From an uncultured delta proteobacterium (GTDB taxonomy: Bacteria; Desulfobacterota; Desulfobacteria; Desulfobacterales; B30-G6): 64,000 bases of DNA. The position numbers were made by a program, and so were the translations under genes. The DNA lies in assembly GCA_963823335.1 (NCBI GenBank), contig CAWGLD010000001.1, positions 480,001-544,000 of the forward strand, written 5' to 3'. Each line of letters begins with the position of its first letter. The stretch's first letter is position 1. This document shows, piece by piece, positions 52,627 through 62,459 of the stretch. The notes beneath the pieces were generated by a model, which made no database searches, was not told where the DNA came from, and was given only the letters and a program-made list of their open reading frames with translations.

Positions 52627-53865
52627 TCAAGCGAGTTCTCCCAAAGCCTCAACCAGCCTGCTGACGTCCTGCTCGCTGTTGTAATGCACGAGACTTATCC
52701 TGACGACCCCATCCTCCGGATCCCGGATACCCAGAGCCTCCAGGCAACGAAGTGCATAAAAATCCCCGTTGCGCACCGCAATATCCCTTTCCACAAGCTT
52801 TTTGACGGCAGCACCCGAAGACGTGCCGTCTATGGTAAAGGAAATGGTTGCCGCGCGTGATCCTGTCAGGGCTCGATCCTGGCCGATGATTCTCGAACCG
52901 GGGATACCCTTGACAGCCTCTAAAATCCGATTTGCCTGAACGGTTTCATGTTCGGAAAAAAGCTCGAATACCCTTGCGGCCCTGGCGTGAAAACCGGGTT
53001 GCGCTTCATCGAAATGATGCTCGTAAATGGCCTCGATGTACTCCTGGAGACCGGCCAGAGCACCGATTTGAGCATGCAGAGGGCCTGCGGGGTTGAAATT
53101 GTAGTGGGGGGTATCCCTGTGGAAGTAATGCCCCTGAGGCTCGATGGTGTCCAGAATCGCCGGTCTGCCCCACATGACTCCCAAATGAGTCCCGAAGGTC
53201 TTATAGGTGCTGAACAGGTAAAAATCTAGACCGCTGGCATTTACGTCCAGCACGCGGTGAGGGGCAAACGATACCCCGTCGCCGATGGCTATCGCACCCG
53301 CATCATGGGCCATGCTGCAGATGGCTTCAAAATCGTTCATGGTTCCCACGATGTTGGAGCAGAGGGAAAAACAGACCAGGCGGGTGTTGCCGCTGATCAG
53401 ACGCTCTAGATCTTCCAAAGAGAGCTCACCGGTTTGTGGATCGATACGCCACTCTTTCAGGACTGCCCCGAACGCATCCAATCGACGCCAGGATCCGATA
53501 TTGGCCTCGTGGTCCTGGTTGGTGACGATAATCTCGTTGCCCGGCTTTAACGTTGGCCGGATAGCCTGGGCCAGCACATAAGTATTCATGGACGTTGAAG
53601 GACCCAGGGTCAGCTCGTCCGGGTGGCAGTTAAGCAGACCGGCTATAGCCAGGTAACCGGCATCCATACTCTCGCCGGCGGCAATAGAAGACTGGAAGGG
53701 GCCATATGGCTGGACCTTGGTGAACTGGAAAAACGCGTGCAGGCGGTCGATAACCTGGTGCGGGACATAAGAGCCGCCTGCATTTTCGAACATGGCCCAA
53801 CGTGCGGTTTCAGGGTTGCTAAAAACAGGGTACTGGGCGCGGATAAATTCCAAATCTAATGCCAT
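52627..53865 (-). CDS. Class V PLP enzyme, cysteine-desulfurase-like
   Basis: ENAGGS, DHEANI, DGVSFAPH, STYK, RISLVHYN. Confidence 0.88.
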   Translation of the reverse strand: MALDLEFIRAQYPVFSNPETARWAMFENAGGSYVPHQVIDRLHAFFQFTKVQPYGPFQSSIAAGESMDAGYLAIAGLLNCHPDELTLGPSTSMNTYVLAQAIRPTLKPGNEIIVTNQDHEANIGSWRRLDAFGAVLKEWRIDPQTGELSLEDLERLISGNTRLVCFSLCSNIVGTMNDFEAICSMAHDAGAIAIGDGVSFAPHRVLDVNASGLDFYLFSTYKTFGTHLGVMWGRPAILDTIEPQGHYFHRDTPHYNFNPAGPLHAQIGALAGLQEYIEAIYEHHFDEAQPGFHARAARVFELFSEHETVQANRILEAVKGIPGSRIIGQDRALTGSRAATISFTIDGTSSGAAVKKLVERDIAVRNGDFYALRCLEALGIRDPEDGVVRISLVHYNSEQDVSRLVEALGELA

Positions 53866-54013
53866 AATCCGATTTCCTATATAGGGGTTGTCAGAAAAAC
53901 GTTCCGATTGAGGACTTTTTTTCTGCTACAACCCCTTATGCCGCCATCCTATTTTCGGAACATTATTATGACAAGCGGTATAAACTCAGCTTTCTATAAC
54001 CATCTCTTCTGTT

Positions 54014-54775
54014 TTAAAGAATATGAGCCAGGAACTGCTTGCTGCGCTCCTTCTTGGGATTGGTGAACATCTCTTCTGGGGAACCCTCTTCTATCCAGTT
54101 GCCGCCGTCCATGATAAACACCCGGGTGGAAACATCACGAGCAAAATGCATCTCGTGGGTCACGGCAATAATGGTCATGCCTTCATTGGCCAGGCGCTCC
54201 ATTACATCCACAACCTCTCCCACCAGTTCAGGATCAAGGGCCGATGTGGGTTCATCAAAAAGCATTATCTTGGGTTTCATTGCCAGGCTCCGGGCAATGG
54301 CAACACGCTGCTGCTGACCACCCGAAAGACGCGCCGGAAATTCATCCCGCTTATCAGAAAGACCCACCCAGTCAAGCAGCTCCTCGGCATAGGGAGTGGC
54401 CTCTTTTTTGGACTGGCCCAATACCGTCACGGGTCCTTCGATGACATTTCCGATGGCGGTCATGTGGGGAAACAGGTTAAAGGCCTGAAAACACATCCCG
54501 GTCTTTTTGCGGATATCCAGGATCTTTGCTGCATGATCCTTTGATCTTTCACCGGCTTTAATCACCACGCCATCCACCTCAATGGTCCCGGCCGTAGGCT
54601 CTTCCAGAAAATTGATACAGCGCAGCAGGGTGCTCTTACCCGATCCGGAAGGACCCAGGATCGATACCACCTCGCCCACACTCACATCCAGATCGATACC
54701 GGCCAGCACATGCAGATCCCGGCCAAAGACCTTGTGAAGATTTCGAATTTTGACCATTACGTTACTGTTGCTCAT
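54014..54775 (-). CDS. Polar amino-acid ABC transporter ATPase
   Basis: GPSGSGKS, LSGGQQQR, FDEPTSALDPE. Confidence 0.95.
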   Translation of the reverse strand: MSNSNVMVKIRNLHKVFGRDLHVLAGIDLDVSVGEVVSILGPSGSGKSTLLRCINFLEEPTAGTIEVDGVVIKAGERSKDHAAKILDIRKKTGMCFQAFNLFPHMTAIGNVIEGPVTVLGQSKKEATPYAEELLDWVGLSDKRDEFPARLSGGQQQRVAIARSLAMKPKIMLFDEPTSALDPELVGEVVDVMERLANEGMTIIAVTHEMHFARDVSTRVFIMDGGNWIEEGSPEEMFTNPKKERSKQFLAHIL

Positions 54776-55656
54776 CCGTTTTCCCCTCTCTCTCCCCGGG
54801 CCATATGTTTTTCGATTTTCTCCTGTACGGTCTGCAGGACAATACACATCACCCAGTAGATCACCGCCACCAGGATCAGCATCTCCAGGGACTGAAAATG
54901 TCGCCGCCCGATTTTTATGGCCCGGAAGCTAAGTTCCCAGACCCCCATCAGAGAAACCAGTGAAGAGTCCTTGACCATGGCGATAAATTCATTGGAAACA
55001 GGAGGAACAATGACCCGCAGGGCCTGGGGAAAGATGACCCTGCGCATGGTCTGGGCGCCGGTCATACCCAGCGCTTTGGCCGCCTCGTTCTGGCCAATCT
55101 TTATGGATTGTATTCCGGCGCGTACTGTTTCGGTCATATAGGCACCGTAGCACACGGCCAGAGCCAGGATACCAGCCGGTATGGCGGGCAGGGTCAAATA
55201 TTTCTGGATTCCCACAAAGCCAAGCTCCTGCAGGGCGCCACCGATCTGAGGAAGAGCAAGGTACCACATGTAAACCTGCACCAGAAGGGGCGTACCCCGG
55301 ATCAACGACACATATAGGGTGGCCATAGCGTTCAAGATTGGATTTCGGGAAAGTCTGCCCAGGGCACCGATGACGGATAAAACACAGGCCAGACTTATTG
55401 CCAGAACCGAGACCATCAGGGTAAACCCGAGTCCTGTGAGAATAAACCCGAGCCACTTGGCCATAAATTTAAAGTCGAGACCCAGCACAACCAGGCCCAG
55501 AACAAGCAGCAAAACCATACAGGCAAGGGAAATTTTTATATTTCGATTGAAGTTCTTGCGTCTGGTATCTATGCGCTTCATGACCTCAAGCGCTTCCGTG
55601 GGAATGCCTCGCACCGCAACACTGTTGAGTTGGTTCATTTCGTCTCCAAACTGCAT
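54772..55656 (-). CDS. Polar amino-acid ABC transporter permease
   Basis: RGTPLLVQ, GQNEAAKALGM, KDSSL. Confidence 0.93.
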   Translation of the reverse strand: MQFGDEMNQLNSVAVRGIPTEALEVMKRIDTRRKNFNRNIKISLACMVLLLVLGLVVLGLDFKFMAKWLGFILTGLGFTLMVSVLAISLACVLSVIGALGRLSRNPILNAMATLYVSLIRGTPLLVQVYMWYLALPQIGGALQELGFVGIQKYLTLPAIPAGILALAVCYGAYMTETVRAGIQSIKIGQNEAAKALGMTGAQTMRRVIFPQALRVIVPPVSNEFIAMVKDSSLVSLMGVWELSFRAIKIGRRHFQSLEMLILVAVIYWVMCIVLQTVQEKIEKHMARGERGENG

Positions 55657-55828
55657 CCCGTTTAAAGAATCACGTTTTGCATATTGCCGCGCCGGCCAAG
55701 ATAATTACCCGTACTTTAACTATAAGCTATCTCAAAAATGTCTTTTGGCCGAAATGTTTATAAAAAGGGGAACCCGGTTTCCCTCCATGCAAAAACTGAC
55801 TGGGGGAAACCGGAGATATCAAGAAATA

Positions 55829-56677
55829 CTACAGCTTGGGAATGAGGTCAGTGCCGTAAAACTGCATGGAAAGAGCTACCAGTGTTCCGTCTTCATACAT
55901 GGAAGAGAGAACCTCGTTCAGTTTTTTTATCAAAGACTCACTATCGGGCCGGCTCTTGTCGAGTGCAACACTCAGGTGTTCATAAAAGGCAGGCTCACCC
56001 AGCATCTTTATGGGGCAGCCGCCGCCACAGCCTGATTTCTCGGCTTCAAAAATGGTCGGTTTGGCGGTGAGCACTGCGTCAAGCCGGACACCATCACCCA
56101 GGGCTATATCTTCTATGGCATTGGCATCTGTCGGATAGGTAGTGACTTTACTCGCTTTCCAATCCGGATACTCAATCTTGACGCCCACCAGTTCAAGGTC
56201 TTTATTAAGATATCGGTCATAGGTGGTTTCGGTTCCTACACCGATGCGCTTGCCGGCCAGGTCCTTGATGCTTTTGATGCTGGTATTGTCTTTGTGTACG
56301 GCAAACTGGGCGGGTGTGCTGTAATAGGGCATGGTGAAATGGAGTGCCTTCACGCGCTCCGCCGTGGGGGTCATGGAGCCGATGGAGATATCCCAGCGTT
56401 TGCCCCAATTGCCGGAAGTGATAAGATCCCAGTCCGGTGTTACGAATTCAACCTTTACACCCAGGCGTTTGGCAACCTCCTTGGCCACGCTGATATCAAA
56501 ACCTTCCAGTTCACCCTTGTCGTTGAGAAAACTCTGGGGGGCATAGTTGGCATCTGTGGAGACCTTTATAACCCCGGCCGCCATTATCTCATCCAGAACG
56601 GAGCCGGCAAAAGCACTGCCAGCGCCTAAAATTACAAAACTGACGGCCAACAATCCCACAAACAATCGTTTTTTCAT
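55829..56677 (-). CDS. Polar amino-acid ABC substrate-binding protein
   Basis: Signal peptide, YAPQSF, GFDI, SMTPTAER. Confidence 0.92.
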   Translation of the reverse strand: MKKRLFVGLLAVSFVILGAGSAFAGSVLDEIMAAGVIKVSTDANYAPQSFLNDKGELEGFDISVAKEVAKRLGVKVEFVTPDWDLITSGNWGKRWDISIGSMTPTAERVKALHFTMPYYSTPAQFAVHKDNTSIKSIKDLAGKRIGVGTETTYDRYLNKDLELVGVKIEYPDWKASKVTTYPTDANAIEDIALGDGVRLDAVLTAKPTIFEAEKSGCGGGCPIKMLGEPAFYEHLSVALDKSRPDSESLIKKLNEVLSSMYEDGTLVALSMQFYGTDLIPKL

Positions 56678-57047
56678 TTAGCATCTCCTTTTGATAAATT
56701 AATAATAACCCCCCCGGGCCGGAGGAGCGCCTAAAAACAAGACATGTGGCCCAATTTCGCCTGACGGTAATGACCCGTAACATGGGGTAACCGACAGGAC
56801 TGCAAATCACACATTATCAAAATATTTTTTCTCCCTCTCAGAGAGGGTTTGTTTACAGTAGTATGTTTTGTGCAGAAACCAGTTAAAAAAGTCGTGGCCC
56901 AAGCGATCGCGCCCTGGGGTCACAAGTCATCGATTCTTCACTGGTAGAGAGATGATCCAAAATATAAGAGCTTGCTTTTTTCTAAATCGAGTATGCCAAA
57001 ACGATACATGTGCGTCAACAGCTTATTGAAGTTATGAAACGCTCTAC

Positions 57048-57539
57048 TCAGGTGATTTTTTTGGTCATGAACAATTGATCCCCGGCTTCTTGAGCCAGGA
57101 ATGAATCCTCGAAGCCATTTCTGCGGTAGAGTCTGCGGGCGGTGGTATTGTTCTCCTGAACTTCAAGGGTTATCTTGCAACAGCCCATGTCACGGGCAAT
57201 GGTTTCAATTTCTCTCAGGAAAGCCCTGCCAATCCCCTGACCCCTGAAATCTTCCAGCACCATAAAATCATGGATGTTTATCAGTGGTTTTGCATGAAAC
57301 GTCGAAAATCCCAAAAAACAGATACTCATGCCCACATAGCCTTTGTCAATTCTGGCCAGCAAGACAACGGCATTTTGCATGCGCTCCAAACCAGGCACCA
57401 ATGCATGCAGCACATGACCTTTGATGGCTTTTCGAAAGCCCAGCAAGCCCTTTGCATAGGCATTCAACAAATAGGGTATGGCAGACCGTTGCGCGGGGTC
57501 CGTGTAGTCCGCCCGAAGGATATCAACGTTACGTGTCAC
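57048..57539 (-). CDS. GNAT N-acetyltransferase
   Basis: INIHD, RGQGIG, LEVQENN..A..LY..GF. Confidence 0.9.
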   Translation of the reverse strand: MTRNVDILRADYTDPAQRSAIPYLLNAYAKGLLGFRKAIKGHVLHALVPGLERMQNAVVLLARIDKGYVGMSICFLGFSTFHAKPLINIHDFMVLEDFRGQGIGRAFLREIETIARDMGCCKITLEVQENNTTARRLYRRNGFEDSFLAQEAGDQLFMTKKIT

Positions 57540-57574
57540 CAGGTATCTCCTTTGATTGTTTATATTTTTGCTAT

Positions 57575-57633
57575 CCCCGTGACATGCGAAGCACTGCCGC
57601 AGGCAGAACCCACAGAGAATGTGTTCGTTGCTG
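57575..57633 (-). repeat. Inverted partial copy of the 59979 element
   Basis: Reverse complement reads ggttctgcc..ggcagtgcttcgcatg..cgggg. Confidence 0.7.
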
Positions 57634-57637
57634 CGCT

Positions 57638-58477
57638 TCAGGCACCACTGAATCGCGGGTCCCGTTTTTCCATACGCGCATTCAGGGCTTCCATAAAATC
57701 AGAAGTTGCAAACCCACGGTTCAATCCCTCGTTCTCCAGATCAAGGGCCCGCGACACGGCCTCGATCATGGGTTTGTGTAGAATTTCTTTGGAGAGACGA
57801 ACGGCCAGTCCCGCCCCCTGCGGTGGAATCAGCTTGCAGGTCTGCGCTCTCGCAAACCGCAGAAGTTCACTGTGGGGCAGCACCTGGTTGACCAGCCCCA
57901 GGTCATACAGTCTCTCGGCGCTCAGCCGCTCTCCAAAAAACATGATCTCTTTGGCCCGCTGCAAACCGATCAGGCGTGGCAAAAGATAACTCGAAGCCAG
58001 CTCCGGCACCAGACCCAGGCGTATGAAGGGCAGCTTTACCCAGGCATGCTCGGACATATAGATCAGATCGGCACACGCCAGGGGTATGGTAAAGCCTCCA
58101 CCGATGGCCAGACCGTTGATGGCCGCTACCATCGGTTTGGTAAATTTCCAGAGCTTGAGACAGAGACGTTTCTGGGCAAGGTCGGTCAGATCCACCTCCT
58201 GCCTGGTCTCCTCGTCCAGAGCTTCCAGTTCGGCAAAGTCGAGATACATACCACTGCTGAAAGCTTCCTGAGCCGGGTCTGTCTTGTCTGCTGATACCGC
58301 ACCTGTCAATATCATGGCCGACGCTGTTTCGTCGTTTTCCACAGCCTCTACGGCACGGTAGAGATCCAAAAGCATCACAATGCCCAGGGCATTCTTGATC
58401 TCGGGTCTGTTCAACGTCACCTGAACGATACCGTTTTCAGGATCTTTTTCATAGCGTATCTGTTTGAACTCCATCAT
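57638..58477 (-). CDS. Crotonase family, likely enoyl-CoA isomerase type
   Basis: GGGFTI, LPFIRLGLVPE. Confidence 0.85.
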   Translation of the reverse strand: MMEFKQIRYEKDPENGIVQVTLNRPEIKNALGIVMLLDLYRAVEAVENDETASAMILTGAVSADKTDPAQEAFSSGMYLDFAELEALDEETRQEVDLTDLAQKRLCLKLWKFTKPMVAAINGLAIGGGFTIPLACADLIYMSEHAWVKLPFIRLGLVPELASSYLLPRLIGLQRAKEIMFFGERLSAERLYDLGLVNQVLPHSELLRFARAQTCKLIPPQGAGLAVRLSKEILHKPMIEAVSRALDLENEGLNRGFATSDFMEALNARMEKRDPRFSGA

Positions 58478-58484
58478 GCCTCCT

Positions 58485-59915
58485 TTATCCCAAGCGTGAC
58501 AGGCTCTTGCGGGCAACTTCCCAGAGGCCCTCGGCCAGGGTCGGATGCGCATGGATCGTCTCCGCCAGATCCCGGGTGGTAATTCCCATTTTGATTGCCA
58601 GAACCGCCTCCGCAATCAATTCCGTGGCATGCTCTCCAATGATATGCACACCCAGAACACGACCAGAGGGCTTCTCGGTTATCATCTTGACCTGGCCGGA
58701 CAGTTCACCTTTGGCCTGGGACATCCCCAGTTCCCTGAAAAGAAATGTGTCTGCAGTATAATCGATTCCCGCGGTCTTTGTTTCACTTTCAGTGAGTCCC
58801 ACGTCGGCCACCTCCGGAAAGGTATAAATTCCGGACGGTACAGCCCCATAGTCCATCCGACGTTGACCACCCAGACAGTTTTCCACGGCCACGAGACCTT
58901 CCATGGACGCCACATGTGCCAGCATGATTTTCTGCGGTCCCAAGATATCCCCAATGGCGTAGACATCTGCAACCTGGGTCTCCATCTTCTGGTTGGCAGG
59001 AACCCAGCCCTTCTTGTCCAGGCCGATCCCCATGCGCGCAAGACCGATGCCATTGGAATTGGGCGCACGACCGACGGTCAGAAAAATTGCATCCGCCTGG
59101 ACTTGACGGTCCTGAGAGTATGCAGGGAGAGGTTGTTCGTAAAACGGCGATGGGCCGAGGGTAACCATGACCCTCCCGTCCGGCGTTGACTGAAAATCGG
59201 CAATGGTCGTCTTCAAGTGAACCGTGATCTTGTCTTTTTTCATTTCCCTTAGCAGGGTCTTGCTCATGTCCACGTCTACGCTGGGCAGGGGTATCAGGCG
59301 CTCCATGGCCTCCACGACAATCACTTCGGAGCCGAATTGTTTGAAAATGGAGGCAAACTCGGCACCGATTACACCGCCACCCAGAATAATGATTTTAGCA
59401 GGTATGTTTTCCAGTTTCAAAACATCATCCGAGGACAAGATGTGCTTACCGTCGAAAGAAAGGTTCGGCAGACCCTGGGGATGGGAGCCTGTTGCCAGTA
59501 TGAGCTTGTCCCCCACCACTTCGTGGGAGTTGCCCTCCGGATCCACCACCCGGACAAGGTGCGGGTCGACAACTTCCCCGGTACCTTTGATCAGGGTCAC
59601 CTTCCCGTCCTTGAAGGCTTTTTCGATACCGCTCACCAGGGTTGCCACCACCTTGTCCTTGCGGGCCATGATGGCCGTAAAATCGGGTCGGATCTCCCCT
59701 GAAAAATCGATGCCGTAGGTCTTGAGTCGTTCCGCTTTCCTGACCGCCTCCGCCGAACTCTTCAACGTTTTGGTGGGAATACAACCCCAGTTCAGGCAGG
59801 TTCCCCCGAGATTGTCATTCTCGACAACCGTCACCCGGGCACCCAGTTCCGCTCCTCTCAAGGCGGCCACATACCCACCTGGCCCGCCACCTATAATGGT
59901 AATCCGTATGGACAT
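58485..59915 (-). CDS. lpdA: Dihydrolipoyl dehydrogenase
   Basis: GGGPGG, GTCLNWGCIP, HAHPTLAE. Confidence 0.95.
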   Translation of the reverse strand: MSIRITIIGGGPGGYVAALRGAELGARVTVVENDNLGGTCLNWGCIPTKTLKSSAEAVRKAERLKTYGIDFSGEIRPDFTAIMARKDKVVATLVSGIEKAFKDGKVTLIKGTGEVVDPHLVRVVDPEGNSHEVVGDKLILATGSHPQGLPNLSFDGKHILSSDDVLKLENIPAKIIILGGGVIGAEFASIFKQFGSEVIVVEAMERLIPLPSVDVDMSKTLLREMKKDKITVHLKTTIADFQSTPDGRVMVTLGPSPFYEQPLPAYSQDRQVQADAIFLTVGRAPNSNGIGLARMGIGLDKKGWVPANQKMETQVADVYAIGDILGPQKIMLAHVASMEGLVAVENCLGGQRRMDYGAVPSGIYTFPEVADVGLTESETKTAGIDYTADTFLFRELGMSQAKGELSGQVKMITEKPSGRVLGVHIIGEHATELIAEAVLAIKMGITTRDLAETIHAHPTLAEGLWEVARKSLSRLG

Positions 59916-59978
59916 GTCTCATCCCTTTCCAAAAATTGAACCTCATCCAGCGCTGGGAAGAGCACTGAATGAATTTCA

Positions 59979-60124
59979 ATTGAACCGAAACAGCGAGCGC
60001 ATTCCCCGTAGGTTCTGCCGTCCGGCAGTGCTTCGCATGCTGCGGGGGTTAGCGAGCGAATCTAAATTAGACAGAATTCCTTACGGTCGAAGATTCCTCG
60101 TAGCTTGCTGCGAGGTTCTTCAAT
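59979..60124 (+). mobile_element. Non-autonomous element with IS200/IS605-like subterminal hairpins
   Basis: Ends ...cctcgtagcttgctgcgagg-ttcttcaa; several related copies in the window. Confidence 0.6.
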
Positions 60125-60331
60125 ATAGAAAAACCAAGCCTTTCTGTCAAAATAAAATCGTTACAATGCTGCTCCTGGGACCGAAAGGTTATTTTGACAA
60201 ATGCTATATGCGGAAGAACGGATCGGAGAATCCCTATCTTATTGACATATCCTGAGCTTTTTATATATTATCTTTTTTTGGTCACGCACTGAAAAGAACG
60301 TTGTTCACCAACACTAACAGGAGGAGACATT

Positions 60332-61123
60332 ATGAAAAAAGTAGGGATTCTTTTGATCGTTTTGGCGCTGGTAATGGCCGCAGCTGCTGTTCAGGCCAAG
60401 GACTGGAAGGTTGTACGCATCGGTGTGGAAGGTGCCTACCCCCCCTTCAGCTGGGTGACACCCGATGGGGAGCTGAAAGGATTTGACATTGATATCGCCA
60501 AGGCCCTCGTGGAAGCCATGGGTGCCGAGGTCAAGCTGGTGCCCCAGGACTGGGACGGCATCATTCCGGCCCTGCTGGCAAAAAAATACGACGCCATTAT
60601 CGCCTCCATGTCCATCACCGAAGAGCGCAAGCAAAAGGTTGCGTTTACCAACAAGTACTACAACACACCTGCCAAGTTCGTGTGCAAGAAGGGCGCCATG
60701 AAGGACTTTACCCGGGCAGAGGTCGCCCAGGCCACCAAAGGCAAGAGTATCGGTGTTCAGCGTGCCACCATCCACGACAATTTTATCACCGATAACGGCG
60801 GCGAAGGCGTTTCCATTAAGCGCTACGGCACCCAGGACGACGCTTATCTGGATCTGGTGGCCGGCCGTGTGGACATGCTCCTGGCAGACAGTGTCGCCAT
60901 CGACGACGGTTTTTTACAGAAGCCGGAAGGGCAGGATTTCCAGTTCATCGGGCCGGACCTGTCTGAAAAGAAATACTTCGGTGAAGGCGCCGGGATCGCC
61001 ATCCGCAAGGAAGACACGGACCTGGTGGAGCTGTTCAACGAAGCCATCGTGAAAATCCGCCAGGACGGCACCTATAAAATGATCCAGGACAAGTACTTCC
61101 AATTCAACGTTTACGGCGAATAA
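60332..61123 (+). CDS. Lys/Arg/Orn/His-type ABC substrate-binding protein
   Basis: EGAYPPF, WDGIIPAL, SMSITEER, FGEGAGIA. Confidence 0.92.
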   Translation: MKKVGILLIVLALVMAAAAVQAKDWKVVRIGVEGAYPPFSWVTPDGELKGFDIDIAKALVEAMGAEVKLVPQDWDGIIPALLAKKYDAIIASMSITEERKQKVAFTNKYYNTPAKFVCKKGAMKDFTRAEVAQATKGKSIGVQRATIHDNFITDNGGEGVSIKRYGTQDDAYLDLVAGRVDMLLADSVAIDDGFLQKPEGQDFQFIGPDLSEKKYFGEGAGIAIRKEDTDLVELFNEAIVKIRQDGTYKMIQDKYFQFNVYGE

Positions 61124-61199
61124 CTTCGTTTTACGAATTTATGTGACGCGACTTCGTCGCTATTTTGGAAACCAAGCGAGTATCAATTTCTTTCAACCT

Positions 61200-61230
61200 A
61201 ACGGGGGAGAATTTCTCCCCCGTTTATCTT
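61200..61230 (+). terminator. Probable intrinsic terminator
   Basis: aacgggggaga / tctcccccgtt stem followed by T-rich run. Confidence 0.65.
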
Positions 61231-61316
61231 GAGTAAGCAGGACAGCTATAAGCATTGAGCCATAAGCTGTTAGCATGCTTATAGCTTAATGCTTACTGCT
61301 TAAAAAAGGCCAAACA

Positions 61317-62459
61317 TTGACCACCAAAACAATTGAAAAACAGATCCTCCCGGTCTCCAGCATGGGAAACCAACGCGCATTGACGATTATCCGTTACGGC
61401 AACGGCTCTGCCGGGAAGAAAGCCTATGTCCAGGCAGGGCTGCACGCCGACGAGGCTCCCGGGTATCTCGTCATGCACCACCTGATCAACCTGCTCGATG
61501 CGGAGGATAGCGCCGGAACCATCCCAGGGGAAATCCTGCTGGTTCCAGTGGCCAACCCCATCGGGACGGGCCAGTGGCGCGATGAAGTCCTGAGAGGTCG
61601 CTTCGATTATTTCGACAACACAAATTTTAATCGGAAGCACCTGGACATTACCGATAAAGTAGCCGAAAAAATCTCGAACACCCTGTCCGATTCACCGGAT
61701 CGAAACAAGGCCATTATCCGTCAGGCCATGGCCGACGTACTCCAGGGCTTATCACCCATCGATGAATCGGCCCGGCTCAAGCACCTGCTCCTGTCCCTTT
61801 CCTTTGATGCGGATATCGTTCTCGATCTCCATTGTGACTACCAGGCCGTTACCCATGTCTACATGGGCAGCCCTCTCTGGCCGGAGGCCTCGGACCTGTC
61901 CGCCCAGATCGGATCGGAGGCGACGCTTCTAGCCAAGGTCTCCGGCGACAACCCCTATGACGAGGCCTGCAGCAGGATCTGGTGGGAACTGGCTGAAAAA
62001 TTTTCCGCCTTCCCTATACCGTTGGCCTGCCTGGCCGCCACCGTCGAACTCAGAGGAATCTCAGACGTCTCACACGCACTTGCATCCCGTGATGCGCAAA
62101 ATATCTTTCACTTTTTACAGAGACGGGGCCTACTTTCCGGGCAGACCGCGGAACTGCCGCCCCTGCGAAACCCTGCAACACCCCTGCGGGGGGTAGCGCA
62201 TCTCAAAGCGACAGCGCCGGGTGTGGTGGTCTATTTCAAGAAACCCGGGGACAGGGTCAAAAAGGGAGATGTCGTTGCTGAAATCGTGAATCCCCTGGAA
62301 GAGGATCCGCACAGCCGGGTCACCCGCGCAAGAAGCGATATCGATGGTCTTCTCATCTCGGTCAATATCGACCGCTTTGCCAGACCTGGCCGCCTCCTGG
62401 CCAAAATTGCAGGAAAGGAGCCCTTGACGGACAAGGGGGAAAATCTGCTTACTTTGTAA
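61317..62459 (+). CDS. Succinylglutamate desuccinylase/aspartoacylase (M14) family
   Basis: LHADE, ANPIG, NFNR, DLHCD, TVELRG. Confidence 0.9.
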   Translation: MTTKTIEKQILPVSSMGNQRALTIIRYGNGSAGKKAYVQAGLHADEAPGYLVMHHLINLLDAEDSAGTIPGEILLVPVANPIGTGQWRDEVLRGRFDYFDNTNFNRKHLDITDKVAEKISNTLSDSPDRNKAIIRQAMADVLQGLSPIDESARLKHLLLSLSFDADIVLDLHCDYQAVTHVYMGSPLWPEASDLSAQIGSEATLLAKVSGDNPYDEACSRIWWELAEKFSAFPIPLACLAATVELRGISDVSHALASRDAQNIFHFLQRRGLLSGQTAELPPLRNPATPLRGVAHLKATAPGVVVYFKKPGDRVKKGDVVAEIVNPLEEDPHSRVTRARSDIDGLLISVNIDRFARPGRLLAKIAGKEPLTDKGENLLTL

